From assembly GCF_022782405.1 (NCBI RefSeq), contig NZ_JALFNK010000011.1: a stretch of DNA of 64,000 nt. One strand, written 5' to 3'. The stretch comes from Alistipes sp. (GTDB taxonomy: Bacteria; Bacteroidota; Bacteroidia; Bacteroidales; Rikenellaceae). The notes under the pieces were generated by a model, which searched no databases, was not told the DNA's origin, and worked only from the letters and a program-made list of their open reading frames with translations. The position numbers were made by a program, and so were the translations under genes. Shown in pieces: positions 40,018-49,375 of the stretch (its first letter is position 1; each line of letters begins with the position of its first letter).

Positions 40018-41370
40018 TTACTCCTGCCCCTGAATCTGCTTGAAGAGTTCGTTGTACTTCGTATACTTGTCCATCATCCCCTCCTCATCGCGAAGACGGA
40101 AGCAGATCGACTTGAGAAGTTCCAGCGAACTGGGATCGTTTGCCTTGATCTCGAGTGCCTTCTCCAGATAAGGAATCGCCTCCATGTAGATGGCGTTCAC
40201 TCCCTTCAGATCCGCATCATAGGCAGCCTGGCTGCTGTATTGCTTCTCGTTGATCACCTTGTTGGCCTCGTCGCCCTTGATCGTATAGAAGACTCCCAGA
40301 TAGTAGTTGCCCTCATAAAGGTCAGGCATGAGTTCCACGACCTTCTTGAACGACTCGATGCTCTGGTCGTAATCCTTCAGTGCATAGAAGATACGGCCGC
40401 GGCCGAACCACAGATCCACACTCGTAGGATTGCCCTCAATGGCCTTGTCGATCAACTCGATCAGATCGGCCGGATCGCCCACATTGTCATCGGGCGTCGT
40501 ATAAAGCTGTACCAGACCGTCGATGATGCGGTCATTCTTCGGGAACTTTTCGACACCCGAAAGCAGCATCTGCTTGGCCTTCTCGAGGAACGAACGGTCC
40601 TTGTCCTTCTGACCGTAGTAGCAGTGGAAAAGGTAGTAGTAGATATTGCCCTCTTCGTCGGCATAACCCATATCGATCGCCTTGGAGAGGTAGTCGCCGC
40701 CCAGTACGAACGATTCGGGATTGTTCGATCCGTCCACCGTACGCAGATAACCGGCGTAGTAGAGCAGCGCGGGATCGGGCTTACCCTCATAAGCAGGGCA
40801 CGATTGAGCCGTGAAGGCCTTGATATAGGCATCGGCAGCTCCCACATAATCGCCCGTATCGAGGCCGGCATTGCCTACCTGCGAGCAGAAATCGCTGATC
40901 TGCTGGAGTCCCTCCTTCACCTTCGAGGCACTCTTGGGATCCATTTCGTAAGCCTTCATGTAGGACTCGAGGGCCTTGTCGATCGCACCTTCGTACACAT
41001 TCTGCGTCTGCTTCCAGGTCTTCACCTTGCCTCCCTCGAAGTAAGCCGTATAGTAGGGATAAACCCAGGCTTCATACTCCGTACCGTTCACCGTCTCCTT
41101 ACCTACGGACGTAGGATCACCGTCGGCCAGTTTGAGCATCGTACCCTCGAGGCCTACGAAAAGGCTCTTCGTAGGAGCCACGGCAGCATCGTAGTACGCT
41201 TTGCCGCGGCTGACCCACGTTGCGGCTTTCGCCCCTTTCTTGGCATCGGCAACAGCTTCGTCGCTCTTCTCGATCTTCGACAGGAGCGCCTCCTTGTTCA
41301 CCTTCTGGGCCTGTACCGCCGGAACAGCCAGAAGCATTGCGGCCAGAGCCGTCAAAATCGTCTTTTTCAT
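40018..41370 (-). CDS. Exported tetratricopeptide-repeat protein
   Basis: Signal peptide; TPR-like helices; gyrA-downstream position typical of Bacteroidota. Confidence 0.8.
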   Translation of the reverse strand: MKKTILTALAAMLLAVPAVQAQKVNKEALLSKIEKSDEAVADAKKGAKAATWVSRGKAYYDAAVAPTKSLFVGLEGTMLKLADGDPTSVGKETVNGTEYEAWVYPYYTAYFEGGKVKTWKQTQNVYEGAIDKALESYMKAYEMDPKSASKVKEGLQQISDFCSQVGNAGLDTGDYVGAADAYIKAFTAQSCPAYEGKPDPALLYYAGYLRTVDGSNNPESFVLGGDYLSKAIDMGYADEEGNIYYYLFHCYYGQKDKDRSFLEKAKQMLLSGVEKFPKNDRIIDGLVQLYTTPDDNVGDPADLIELIDKAIEGNPTSVDLWFGRGRIFYALKDYDQSIESFKKVVELMPDLYEGNYYLGVFYTIKGDEANKVINEKQYSSQAAYDADLKGVNAIYMEAIPYLEKALEIKANDPSSLELLKSICFRLRDEEGMMDKYTKYNELFKQIQGQE

Positions 41371-41451
41371 AACCAATCAGAATTTAGTTTAAATGTTCTC
41401 TGTTTCATATGTCGGGCGCCCCGGGAATTTCCCGTCGCGCGCCTTCGGGCA

Positions 41452-44007
41452 TTACTCCTGTGCGGGACTCTCCGTAACGGCGGGGTCAGCCGTACCGTTT
41501 TCGGTCGTCTGCTCCGCAGATTCCACCTCCTCCTCGGCACCGGCAGCCGGAACGGCCATCACCGAAGCAATGGCATCGCCTTCGCGGAGGTTGATGATAC
41601 GCACGCCCTGCGTGGCGCGTCCCGCAAGACGGATCTGCGACACGGCGGTGCGAATGGTGAGTCCCGAACGGTTGATGATCATCAGGTCGTTATCGTCCGT
41701 TACGGCCTGAATCGATATGAGTTTGCCTGTCTTTTCGGTAATGTTGATGGTCTTGACGCCTTTGCCGCCCCGGTTCGTGATGCGGTACTCGTCCAGATCG
41801 GTACGCTTGCCGTAGCCGTTCTCGCTCAATACCAGAACATCCTGCTTCGAATCGGGCTCCACACAGATCATGCCGACAACCTCGTCCGACTCATCGATCG
41901 AGATACCGCGGACACCGGCGCCGACACGCCCGATCGGGCGCACCGTATTTTCGTTGAAGCGGATCGCCTTGCCTTCGCGGGCCGCAATCATCACCTCGGC
42001 CTCGCCGCTCGTGAGCTTGGCCTCGATGAGCTGGTCGCCCTCGCGGATCACGATGGCATTGACACCGTTCTGACGCGGGCGCGAATAGGCCTCGAGCTTC
42101 GTCTTCTTGATCGTACCGTCCTTGGTGCACATGATGATGTAGTTGTTGTTCACATACTCCGCATCATCCAGGCGCTTGACATTGATATAGGCACGGACCT
42201 TGTCCTCGGGTTCGATCTGGATGACGTTCTGGATGGCACGTCCCTTCGACGAACGCGTACCCTCGGGAATTTCGTAGACCTTGAGCCAGTAGCAGCGGCC
42301 CTTCTCCGTGAAGAAGAGCATCGTATTGTGCATCGAGGCGACGTAGATGTGCTCGATGAAATCCTCGTCGCGCGTGGCGCTTCCCTTGGCACCCACTCCG
42401 CCGCGGTTCTGCGTACGGTACTCGGCCAGCGGCGTGCGCTTGATGTATCCCATGTGCGAGATGGTGATGACCATGTCGTCGTCGGCGTAGAAATCCTCGG
42501 GGTTGAACTCTTCCGAAGCGTAGACGATCTGCGAGCGGCGCTCGTCGCCGTACTTCTCCTTGATCTCCAGCAATTCATCCTTGATGATCTGCATCTGCAT
42601 CGCCACGTTGGCCAGCACCTCCGTGAGGTGGGCGATGAGGGCCATCAGTTCGTCGCGCTCGGCAACGAGCTTGCCGTGCTCGAGGCCCGTCAGGGCGCGC
42701 AGACGCATCTCGATGATCGCCGAAGCCTGGATGTCGTCCAGCTCGAAGCGCTCCATCATCGTCTGCTTGGCCTCGTCGGGGGTCTTCGACGAACGGATGA
42801 TCCGCACGATCTCGTCGATGTTGTCCTGAGCGATCAGCAGACCCAGCACGATATGCAGGCGCTCCTCGGCCTTGCGCTTGTCATAGCGCGTCCGGCGCAC
42901 CACCACGTCGTGACGATGGTCGATGAAGTGGCGGATCAGGTCGCGCATCGTAAGCAGCTGCGGACGACCGTTCACCAGCGCGATGTTGTTCACGGCGAAC
43001 GAGGTCTGCAGCGGCGTATTCTTGAACAACGTGTTGAGCACCACGCTCGCCACGGCATCGTGTTTCAGGATGATGATGATGCGCAGGCCGTTGCGGTCCG
43101 ACTCGTCGTTGATGTAGGAGATGCCGTCGATCTTCTTGTCGTTGATCATGTCGGCGATCTTCTTGATCATCTCGGCCTTGTTGATCATGTAGGGGATCTC
43201 GGTGATCACGATGCACTCGCGGCCCGAGGGGGTGTGCTCGATCTCGGTCTTGGCGCGCATGACCACGCGGCCGCGGCCCGTGAGCATCGCCTCCTTGACC
43301 CCTTCGTATCCGTAGATGATGCCGCCGGTCGGGAAGTCGGGACCCTTGACGTAGTGCAGCAGCTCTTCACCCGTGATCTCGGGATTGTCGACATAGGCGC
43401 AGCAGGCATCCACGACCTCCGAGAGGTTGTGCGGAGCCATGTTCGTCGCCATACCCACGGCGATACCGCTCGCACCGTTCACGATCAGCAGCGGAATCTT
43501 CGTCGGCAGCACCGTCGGTTCGGGAATCGTATCGTCGAAGTTGAGCGTCCAGTCGACCGTCTCCTTGTCGATGTCGGCCATCACCTCGTCGGTGATCTTC
43601 TTCATGCGGGCCTCTGTATAACGCATGGCGGCCGGCGAGTCGCCGTCCATCGATCCGAAGTTACCCTGCCCGTCCACGAGCGGGTAGCGCATCGACCACT
43701 CCTGGGCCAGACGCACCATGGCGTCGTAGACCGAAGTGTCTCCGTGGGGGTGGAACTTACCGAGCACGTCGCCGACGATACGGGCCGACTTACGGGTGGG
43801 TTTGTCCGAGTAGAGGTTGAGCTCGGCGCTCATATCGTAGAGGATGCGTCGGTGCACGGGTTTCAGACCGTCCCGCACATCGGGCAGGGCTCGCGACACG
43901 ATCACCGACATCGAGTAGTCGATGTAGGCCGACTTCATCTGCTCTTCGATATTGATGGGGATGATCCGCCCCACCAAACCGGCATTCTTTTCTTCTTCTG
44001 TTAGCAT
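41452..44007 (-). CDS. gyrA: DNA gyrase subunit A
   Basis: [25 protein letters not shown], GyrA-box QNRGGVG, acidic tail; promoter TATTTTTG at 44086-44079. Confidence 0.98.
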   Translation of the reverse strand: MLTEEEKNAGLVGRIIPINIEEQMKSAYIDYSMSVIVSRALPDVRDGLKPVHRRILYDMSAELNLYSDKPTRKSARIVGDVLGKFHPHGDTSVYDAMVRLAQEWSMRYPLVDGQGNFGSMDGDSPAAMRYTEARMKKITDEVMADIDKETVDWTLNFDDTIPEPTVLPTKIPLLIVNGASGIAVGMATNMAPHNLSEVVDACCAYVDNPEITGEELLHYVKGPDFPTGGIIYGYEGVKEAMLTGRGRVVMRAKTEIEHTPSGRECIVITEIPYMINKAEMIKKIADMINDKKIDGISYINDESDRNGLRIIIILKHDAVASVVLNTLFKNTPLQTSFAVNNIALVNGRPQLLTMRDLIRHFIDHRHDVVVRRTRYDKRKAEERLHIVLGLLIAQDNIDEIVRIIRSSKTPDEAKQTMMERFELDDIQASAIIEMRLRALTGLEHGKLVAERDELMALIAHLTEVLANVAMQMQIIKDELLEIKEKYGDERRSQIVYASEEFNPEDFYADDDMVITISHMGYIKRTPLAEYRTQNRGGVGAKGSATRDEDFIEHIYVASMHNTMLFFTEKGRCYWLKVYEIPEGTRSSKGRAIQNVIQIEPEDKVRAYINVKRLDDAEYVNNNYIIMCTKDGTIKKTKLEAYSRPRQNGVNAIVIREGDQLIEAKLTSGEAEVMIAAREGKAIRFNENTVRPIGRVGAGVRGISIDESDEVVGMICVEPDSKQDVLVLSENGYGKRTDLDEYRITNRGGKGVKTINITEKTGKLISIQAVTDDNDLMIINRSGLTIRTAVSQIRLAGRATQGVRIINLREGDAIASVMAVPAAGAEEEVESAEQTTENGTADPAVTESPAQE

Positions 44008-44196
44008 CTATCTCTTATCTCTTCTGTAAAACCTGTTTCATCGACAGCGCGGGTCGCTGCAACCCGTCGAATAACGAACAAAAATAGTAATTTCTTGCGA
44101 TCTGACCAACTTTGCCGGGGAAAATCGCACGCCCTCGCGCGATATTTTCCGACAAAGCGGCCATTTTCGGCCCTTTTCCGGCGATCTGACGGCCTC

Positions 44197-44227
44197 AAAA
44201 AAAATTCCCGACACAGGGTCGGGAATA
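44197..44227 (-). terminator. Terminator after lolA-like gene
   Basis: attcccgac/gtcgggaat with T-run on the minus strand. Confidence 0.75.
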
Positions 44228-44282
44228 AATTACGCTCGGAAGCCGCATCGCCGCTCCGACGGATAAGCGCCGGACGGGTCTC

Positions 44283-44909
44283 TTACCGGAAGTCGATGAA
44301 CTCGTAACCGGCACAAGCCTTGCGGTCGAAGGCCCGGTAGGCATCGGCACGGGGTTCGATTTCTCCGACGAGAATCTCGACCCGCTCGCCATCGTAGTCG
44401 TAGGCAAGCGACTGGGGCCGCATCGAGGCGGTATCGACCACAAGCGTTATCACACCCGCTGCGGCATTGCTCTCGCCCGTCGGGGTCAGGCGGACGGAGG
44501 CCTTCCCGTCGCGTTCCCACTCCAGTGTAAAGGCATACTCGCTGTCCAGGAAGTCGAAAGCCCGGACGGGATTTTCCAGTATGTTGCGGCTCGACCGGTT
44601 TACGTCGGCGATCGTAACCTCCCCCCGACGGTGGTCCACCTCATAGCGGACCTTACCATCGGAGAAGACCTCGGCATCATCGCCCAGAAAAAGACGGTAA
44701 TTTCCATCGCTGACTGCATAGCCGCCCGCCGTACGATAGTCGTCGGCAACCACCTCGAAACGTACCGTATAACGCTTCATCGCACGGAATCCGTCGGCGA
44801 CGCGGCCGAGGATTTCACCGGCGCGATCGGCAGCCGACGCGCCGCACACCCCTCCCGCGAGGAGTGCCATGCAGACTGCCATTCTTACCCATTTCATCCT
44901 TGCTATCAT
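44283..44909 (-). CDS. lolA: LolA-like outer-membrane lipoprotein carrier
   Basis: Signal peptide; FSDGK...EVTI pattern; immediately downstream of ftsK. Confidence 0.65.
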   Translation of the reverse strand: MIARMKWVRMAVCMALLAGGVCGASAADRAGEILGRVADGFRAMKRYTVRFEVVADDYRTAGGYAVSDGNYRLFLGDDAEVFSDGKVRYEVDHRRGEVTIADVNRSSRNILENPVRAFDFLDSEYAFTLEWERDGKASVRLTPTGESNAAAGVITLVVDTASMRPQSLAYDYDGERVEILVGEIEPRADAYRAFDRKACAGYEFIDFR

Positions 44910-44960
44910 GTTTCGGATATTTTTCGAAAACCATCCCGCATGTCCCGCATCCGACGCCTG

Positions 44961-47888
44961 TCAGAAGAGCCCCAGCTCCTGAAGCTTTGTCTCGAGCGAC
45001 GGCAGGTCATGATACAGGATGTCGCGAGGCTTGGCACCCTGCTGGCGTCCGACGATGCCGGCCCGCTCGAGCTGCATCATAATACGCCCCGCACGGTTGA
45101 AACCCACCTCGTAGTTGCGCTGAATCATCGATGTCGAGATCTGCCCGCCACTCACCACGTCGCGGGCTATTTCCGCAAACAGCGAGTCGTATTTCACGGG
45201 TGCCGACGCCTCTTCGCTGCCCAAACCGCCCTCACCGTTGCTTTCGGGCGTGTAGTCGGGCAGCGTATAGGCCGAAGTATAGCCCTGCTGTTTGGAGATG
45301 TAATCGACAATGCGCTCGACCTCCTTCGTCTCGACCAGTGCACACTGGATACGCGTCAGCTCCCCGTCCTTCGAGATGAGCATGTCGCCGCGTCCGATCA
45401 GCTGGTCGGCACCCGGGCGGTCGAGAATCGTCCGCGAATCGATCATCTGCATCACGCGGAAGGCGATGCGCGCCGGGAAGTTGGCCTTGATCTTGCCCGT
45501 AATGACATCGACCGAGGGACGCTGCGTGGCAATGATCAGATGAATGCCGATGGCACGGGCCTTCTGCGCCAGACGCGTTACGGGGGTCTCGACCTCCTTG
45601 GCCGTCATGATCAGGTCGGCAAACTCGTCGATCACCACCACGATATAGGGCAGGAAACGGTGCCCGTGCATCGGGTTGAGCCGGCGGGACGTAAATTTCT
45701 CGTTGTACTCGACGATATTTCGGGTTCCGGCCTTCTTGCAGAGCTCCAGTCGGTTGTCCATCTCCACGCAGAGCGAGTTGAGCGTATAGACCGCCTTCTT
45801 GGGATCGGTGATGATGGCCTCGTCCTCCGACTCCATCTTGGCCAGGAAGTGGCGCTCGATCTTCGCATAAAGCGAGAATTCGACCATCTTGGGGTCGATC
45901 ATCACGAACTTCAGCTGCGCAGGGTGCTTGCTGTAGAGCAACGAGGTTATGATGGCGTTCAGGCCCACCGACTTACCCTGTCCGGTGGCTCCGGCAACCA
46001 GCAGGTGGGGCATCTTCGTCAGATCGAAGACGAAATTTTCGTTCTGGATCGTACGGCCGATCACCACGGGCAACTCGGCCCGCTGCACCTGGTCGAAAAA
46101 GCGCTTCGACCGCAGGGCCGAATACATCGAAACCACTTGCTTGTTGCGGTTCGGCACCTCGATGCCGATCGTACCCCGACCGGGGATCGGCGCAATGATA
46201 CGGATACCCGATTCGGCCTTGAGGCTTTGGGCGATATCGTTCTGAAGGCCCTGGATCTTGGCGATCTTCACACCCTGCTTCTGCACGATCTCATAGAGCG
46301 TAACGGTGGGGCCCACCGTCGCCTTGATACGCTGGATCGGAATGCCGAAATTCTTGAGCGTCTCCTCGATCTTGGTCTTGTTTTCGAAGATCTCCTCGTC
46401 GGAGACCTCCGAATCGGAGACATAGTCCTCGAGCAACGTTACGGGCGGTTTGCGGTAATTCACCAGATCCTTCAGCGGATCGTAGCTCTCGGTGGATATG
46501 CGTCCTTCATCGACCAACTGCGCCTCGCGGGCCTCGACCGTTACGACCACCCCTTCGGCTGTCTTCTCCGGCACCGGCTGCACCGCTGCGGGTTGCGGAG
46601 CATCCGCAGCCAGACCCTCCTCCTGATTGCCGGATACGGAGAACTCCTCGAACACGGGACGCTCGCCGGCCGGTTCACGATGTACGGGTGCAGCCGGCCG
46701 CACTCCGGCGGAACGGTCTTCCCCGGAAGCGCCCTCCACGAGAATTTCCGTAAATGGCCCCTCCTGTACGACAGCTTGACGCACGGCCGGACGCTCCAGC
46801 TCGACCAGTCCTCCGCGTCCCATGACCACCCGGTTCTCCGAATGCGGAAGGTCCACTTCGGTAAACTCCTCATCGACCGACTCCGCAGAAGCCGGATCGG
46901 GGTGCGACGCGGCAAGCGGCGTACCGTCGGGTGCGAGCTCCACAAAAGGATCGTCCTCGGGCATGTCCGGGTGCATGGCCCGACCGGCAGGATTTGCAGC
47001 GGGTGCAACCGGCTCGGATTCGCCGCGCCGCACCTCGCGTTGCACGGCCGCACGCAAAACGGCAGCATCCACGTCCTCCGCCGCAGGCGGCTCGGACTCC
47101 GCAATTTGCGGGCCTTCGGAGGATGGGCCCGCCCCGGACCGCTCCGGCATGGGATCATCGGGTTCCTGCGCAGCCGGCTCCGTATCGCGGAATGCATCGC
47201 CGCCGAGCGGCTCGTCCTCGACCACACGGCCCGAAACCCTGCGACGGACCGTTTCGACGATCCGTTCGCCGCGATCCACCATGACATTGCCCGCCCGGTT
47301 CACCTTGTTGATGAAGTTGCGGTTGATGAAAACCCCGGTGAGGATCCAGCCGCCAAGCAGCAGGATCAGGGTTCCGAATACTCCGATATGACCGTGCAGC
47401 CAGGCGGCTGTCTCGATGCCGAAGGCTCCGCCCCACCCCGTGGAACAACACAGGCTCCAGTTCTTGCCGAAAGCGAACCCGAGGGTCAGGGAGCCGAGAA
47501 TAAGCACCAGAAACAGCGAAAGAATCGAATGGTTCACAAGCAACGGACGCTGCCGGATGATCCGCAGGCCGATGAGCGTCACCATCACGGGAATCAGAAT
47601 GCCGAAGACTCCGAACGAGTTGTCCACCAGCATCCGACCGATACGGGCCCCGAGTTCGCCGCAGAGATTTTCGACCTCGTTGCCGAGCAGCTCGCGCTCT
47701 TCGGCCGTCTTTTGGAGAATGCTCTGATCCACATCCCAACTGACGAACGAAAAAAGAACCGAGGCAATGGCGAACAAACCTCCGAAAAGCAGCACGAGGC
47801 CTCCGACCCAGCGAAAACTGTCGCCGTTGGATCGCTCGACGCCCTGACGCCGGTTCGGAGAGGAAGATGAACTATTTTTGGATGCCAT
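44961..47888 (-). CDS. ftsK: FtsK/SpoIIIE DNA translocase
   Basis: N-terminal TM domain, long linker, PHLLVAGATGQGKS, IDEFADL, ATQRPS, gamma domain VGFNRAGR. Confidence 0.97.
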   Translation of the reverse strand: MASKNSSSSSPNRRQGVERSNGDSFRWVGGLVLLFGGLFAIASVLFSFVSWDVDQSILQKTAEERELLGNEVENLCGELGARIGRMLVDNSFGVFGILIPVMVTLIGLRIIRQRPLLVNHSILSLFLVLILGSLTLGFAFGKNWSLCCSTGWGGAFGIETAAWLHGHIGVFGTLILLLGGWILTGVFINRNFINKVNRAGNVMVDRGERIVETVRRRVSGRVVEDEPLGGDAFRDTEPAAQEPDDPMPERSGAGPSSEGPQIAESEPPAAEDVDAAVLRAAVQREVRRGESEPVAPAANPAGRAMHPDMPEDDPFVELAPDGTPLAASHPDPASAESVDEEFTEVDLPHSENRVVMGRGGLVELERPAVRQAVVQEGPFTEILVEGASGEDRSAGVRPAAPVHREPAGERPVFEEFSVSGNQEEGLAADAPQPAAVQPVPEKTAEGVVVTVEAREAQLVDEGRISTESYDPLKDLVNYRKPPVTLLEDYVSDSEVSDEEIFENKTKIEETLKNFGIPIQRIKATVGPTVTLYEIVQKQGVKIAKIQGLQNDIAQSLKAESGIRIIAPIPGRGTIGIEVPNRNKQVVSMYSALRSKRFFDQVQRAELPVVIGRTIQNENFVFDLTKMPHLLVAGATGQGKSVGLNAIITSLLYSKHPAQLKFVMIDPKMVEFSLYAKIERHFLAKMESEDEAIITDPKKAVYTLNSLCVEMDNRLELCKKAGTRNIVEYNEKFTSRRLNPMHGHRFLPYIVVVIDEFADLIMTAKEVETPVTRLAQKARAIGIHLIIATQRPSVDVITGKIKANFPARIAFRVMQMIDSRTILDRPGADQLIGRGDMLISKDGELTRIQCALVETKEVERIVDYISKQQGYTSAYTLPDYTPESNGEGGLGSEEASAPVKYDSLFAEIARDVVSGGQISTSMIQRNYEVGFNRAGRIMMQLERAGIVGRQQGAKPRDILYHDLPSLETKLQELGLF

Positions 47889-47897
47889 GATCTCTAA

Positions 47898-47922
47898 CGC
47901 TTGATATTATCAAGCGAAGTTA
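47898..47922 (-). promoter_or_regulatory. ftsK promoter variant (TAACTTCG) with overlapping 19-bp palindrome
   Basis: TCGTAACTTCG resembles TCGTAnnTTTG seen at other promoters; CGCTTGATA-T-TATCAAGCG at 47898-47916. Confidence 0.45.
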
Positions 47923-48070
47923 CGAAATAATTTGCAGATTAAAAAATCCGGAGAAGAAAAGAAGGTTGACATCGCATCCTATTTATTTAAGCAACAACAG
48001 GTTACGATGCTTTATCTAACAAAGCAAAAAGATAACATATGCAGGGCAAAGAAATGCAGATAGATATGCC

Positions 48071-48859
48071 CTACGACATCGATTCAAAAGCCTTTTCCTC
48101 GAGCCGTTTCCGGTAGGCGGCACCGGCGAAGGAAAGGAACGCATAGTCGGGCCGGTGGTCGGGAGCCGCCCGCAGACCGTCGCGGTCGAGCAGCTGAACG
48201 ACCCGCCGTGCAACAGCCGGGGAGGGGTCGATGATTGCCACGCCGCTACCGGCGACGACACGCTCCATGACGGGACGCAGAAAGGGATAATGCGTGCATC
48301 CGAGCACGATCTGGTCGGCGCCCCGCGCCAACATCGGCTCCAGAGCGGCACGCACACACGCCTCGGCTTCCGGAGTTTGCTCACGGTCCGCCTCAACCAG
48401 CTCGACGAATCCCCGGCCGGGGAGCGTCAGCACCTCGATGCCGTCGCCATATTTGGCCGCCGTGCGCCGAAACAGCTCGCCGTCGAGGCTCCGCTCCGTA
48501 GCCAGCACCCCCACCACGCCGGTACGGGTTGCCAGACAGGCGGGTTTCACGGCCGGCTCCATGCCCACGATGGGTATCGCGGCATATTTTTCGCGCAGAA
48601 AGTCGATCGCCGCGGCCGTTGCCGTATTGCAGGCCACCACGACCAGTTTGCATCCCTCGGCCACGAGCCGACCCACGGCGTCGTCAGCCAGACGGCGCAC
48701 CTCCTCCCGCGGACGGGAACCGTATGGGCAGTTCTTGCCATCGCCCAGATAGACGAGCGACTCTCCGGGCAGGGCACGCCGGATCTCGCGCCAGACGGTC
48801 AGACCGCCCAGTCCCGAATCATAAACACCAATGGGTGCGTTATCGTAAGATCCGTTCAT
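48071..48859 (-). CDS. murI: Glutamate racemase
   Basis: DSGLGGL, PYGSR, VACNTA, VLGCTHYP. Confidence 0.96.
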   Translation of the reverse strand: MNGSYDNAPIGVYDSGLGGLTVWREIRRALPGESLVYLGDGKNCPYGSRPREEVRRLADDAVGRLVAEGCKLVVVACNTATAAAIDFLREKYAAIPIVGMEPAVKPACLATRTGVVGVLATERSLDGELFRRTAAKYGDGIEVLTLPGRGFVELVEADREQTPEAEACVRAALEPMLARGADQIVLGCTHYPFLRPVMERVVAGSGVAIIDPSPAVARRVVQLLDRDGLRAAPDHRPDYAFLSFAGAAYRKRLEEKAFESMS

Positions 48860-49373
48860 GAAAAGCATCCAGAATGAAATTCCCGATCTCGTCGTCGGTC
48901 ATCGCACCGCACTCGACCGTCAGAGCGGCTTTCGCATAGAAGGGCTCCCGGGCAGCCATATCGCGTGTCATGAAGGCCACCAGCTCCTCGTCGTTCAAGC
49001 CGCGCAGCCGGGGCCGCTTCTGCCGTCCGTACGGGCTCAGGCACCGGGCGATCTGTTCGGGCGTACGGCGCAGATAGACCGTAAATCCCGTTCGGTTCAT
49101 ACACTCCATATTGTCGCTCCAGGTCGGAAGTCCCCCGCCGGTGGAGATTACCGCACTGTCATCCTGACGGATAGCCGCCTCCAGAACCTCCCGTTCGATC
49201 TCGCGAAAACGCTCCTCTCCCTCGTATCGGAACACATCGGCCACACTGGCCCCCTCGTGCTCCTCGACCCGAGCATCCGTATCGACGAACTCCGCATCGA
49301 GCCGCCGGGCCAGTTTCCGGCCGAGAGTACTCTTCCCGCACCCCATATAACCGACGAGAAAAATTTTCCTCAT
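48840..49373 (-). CDS. aroK: Shikimate kinase
   Basis: GYMGCGKST, EGEERFR, STGGG, RPRL. Confidence 0.95.
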   Translation of the reverse strand: MRKIFLVGYMGCGKSTLGRKLARRLDAEFVDTDARVEEHEGASVADVFRYEGEERFREIEREVLEAAIRQDDSAVISTGGGLPTWSDNMECMNRTGFTVYLRRTPEQIARCLSPYGRQKRPRLRGLNDEELVAFMTRDMAAREPFYAKAALTVECGAMTDDEIGNFILDAFHERILR

Positions 49374-49375
49374 CT

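Noticed and set aside
47925-48070. AT-rich patch between murI and ftsK as dif site or mobile-element scar
   Set aside because: No match to the XerC/XerD 11-6-11 layout and no terminal repeats; only a trivial 18-codon ORF.
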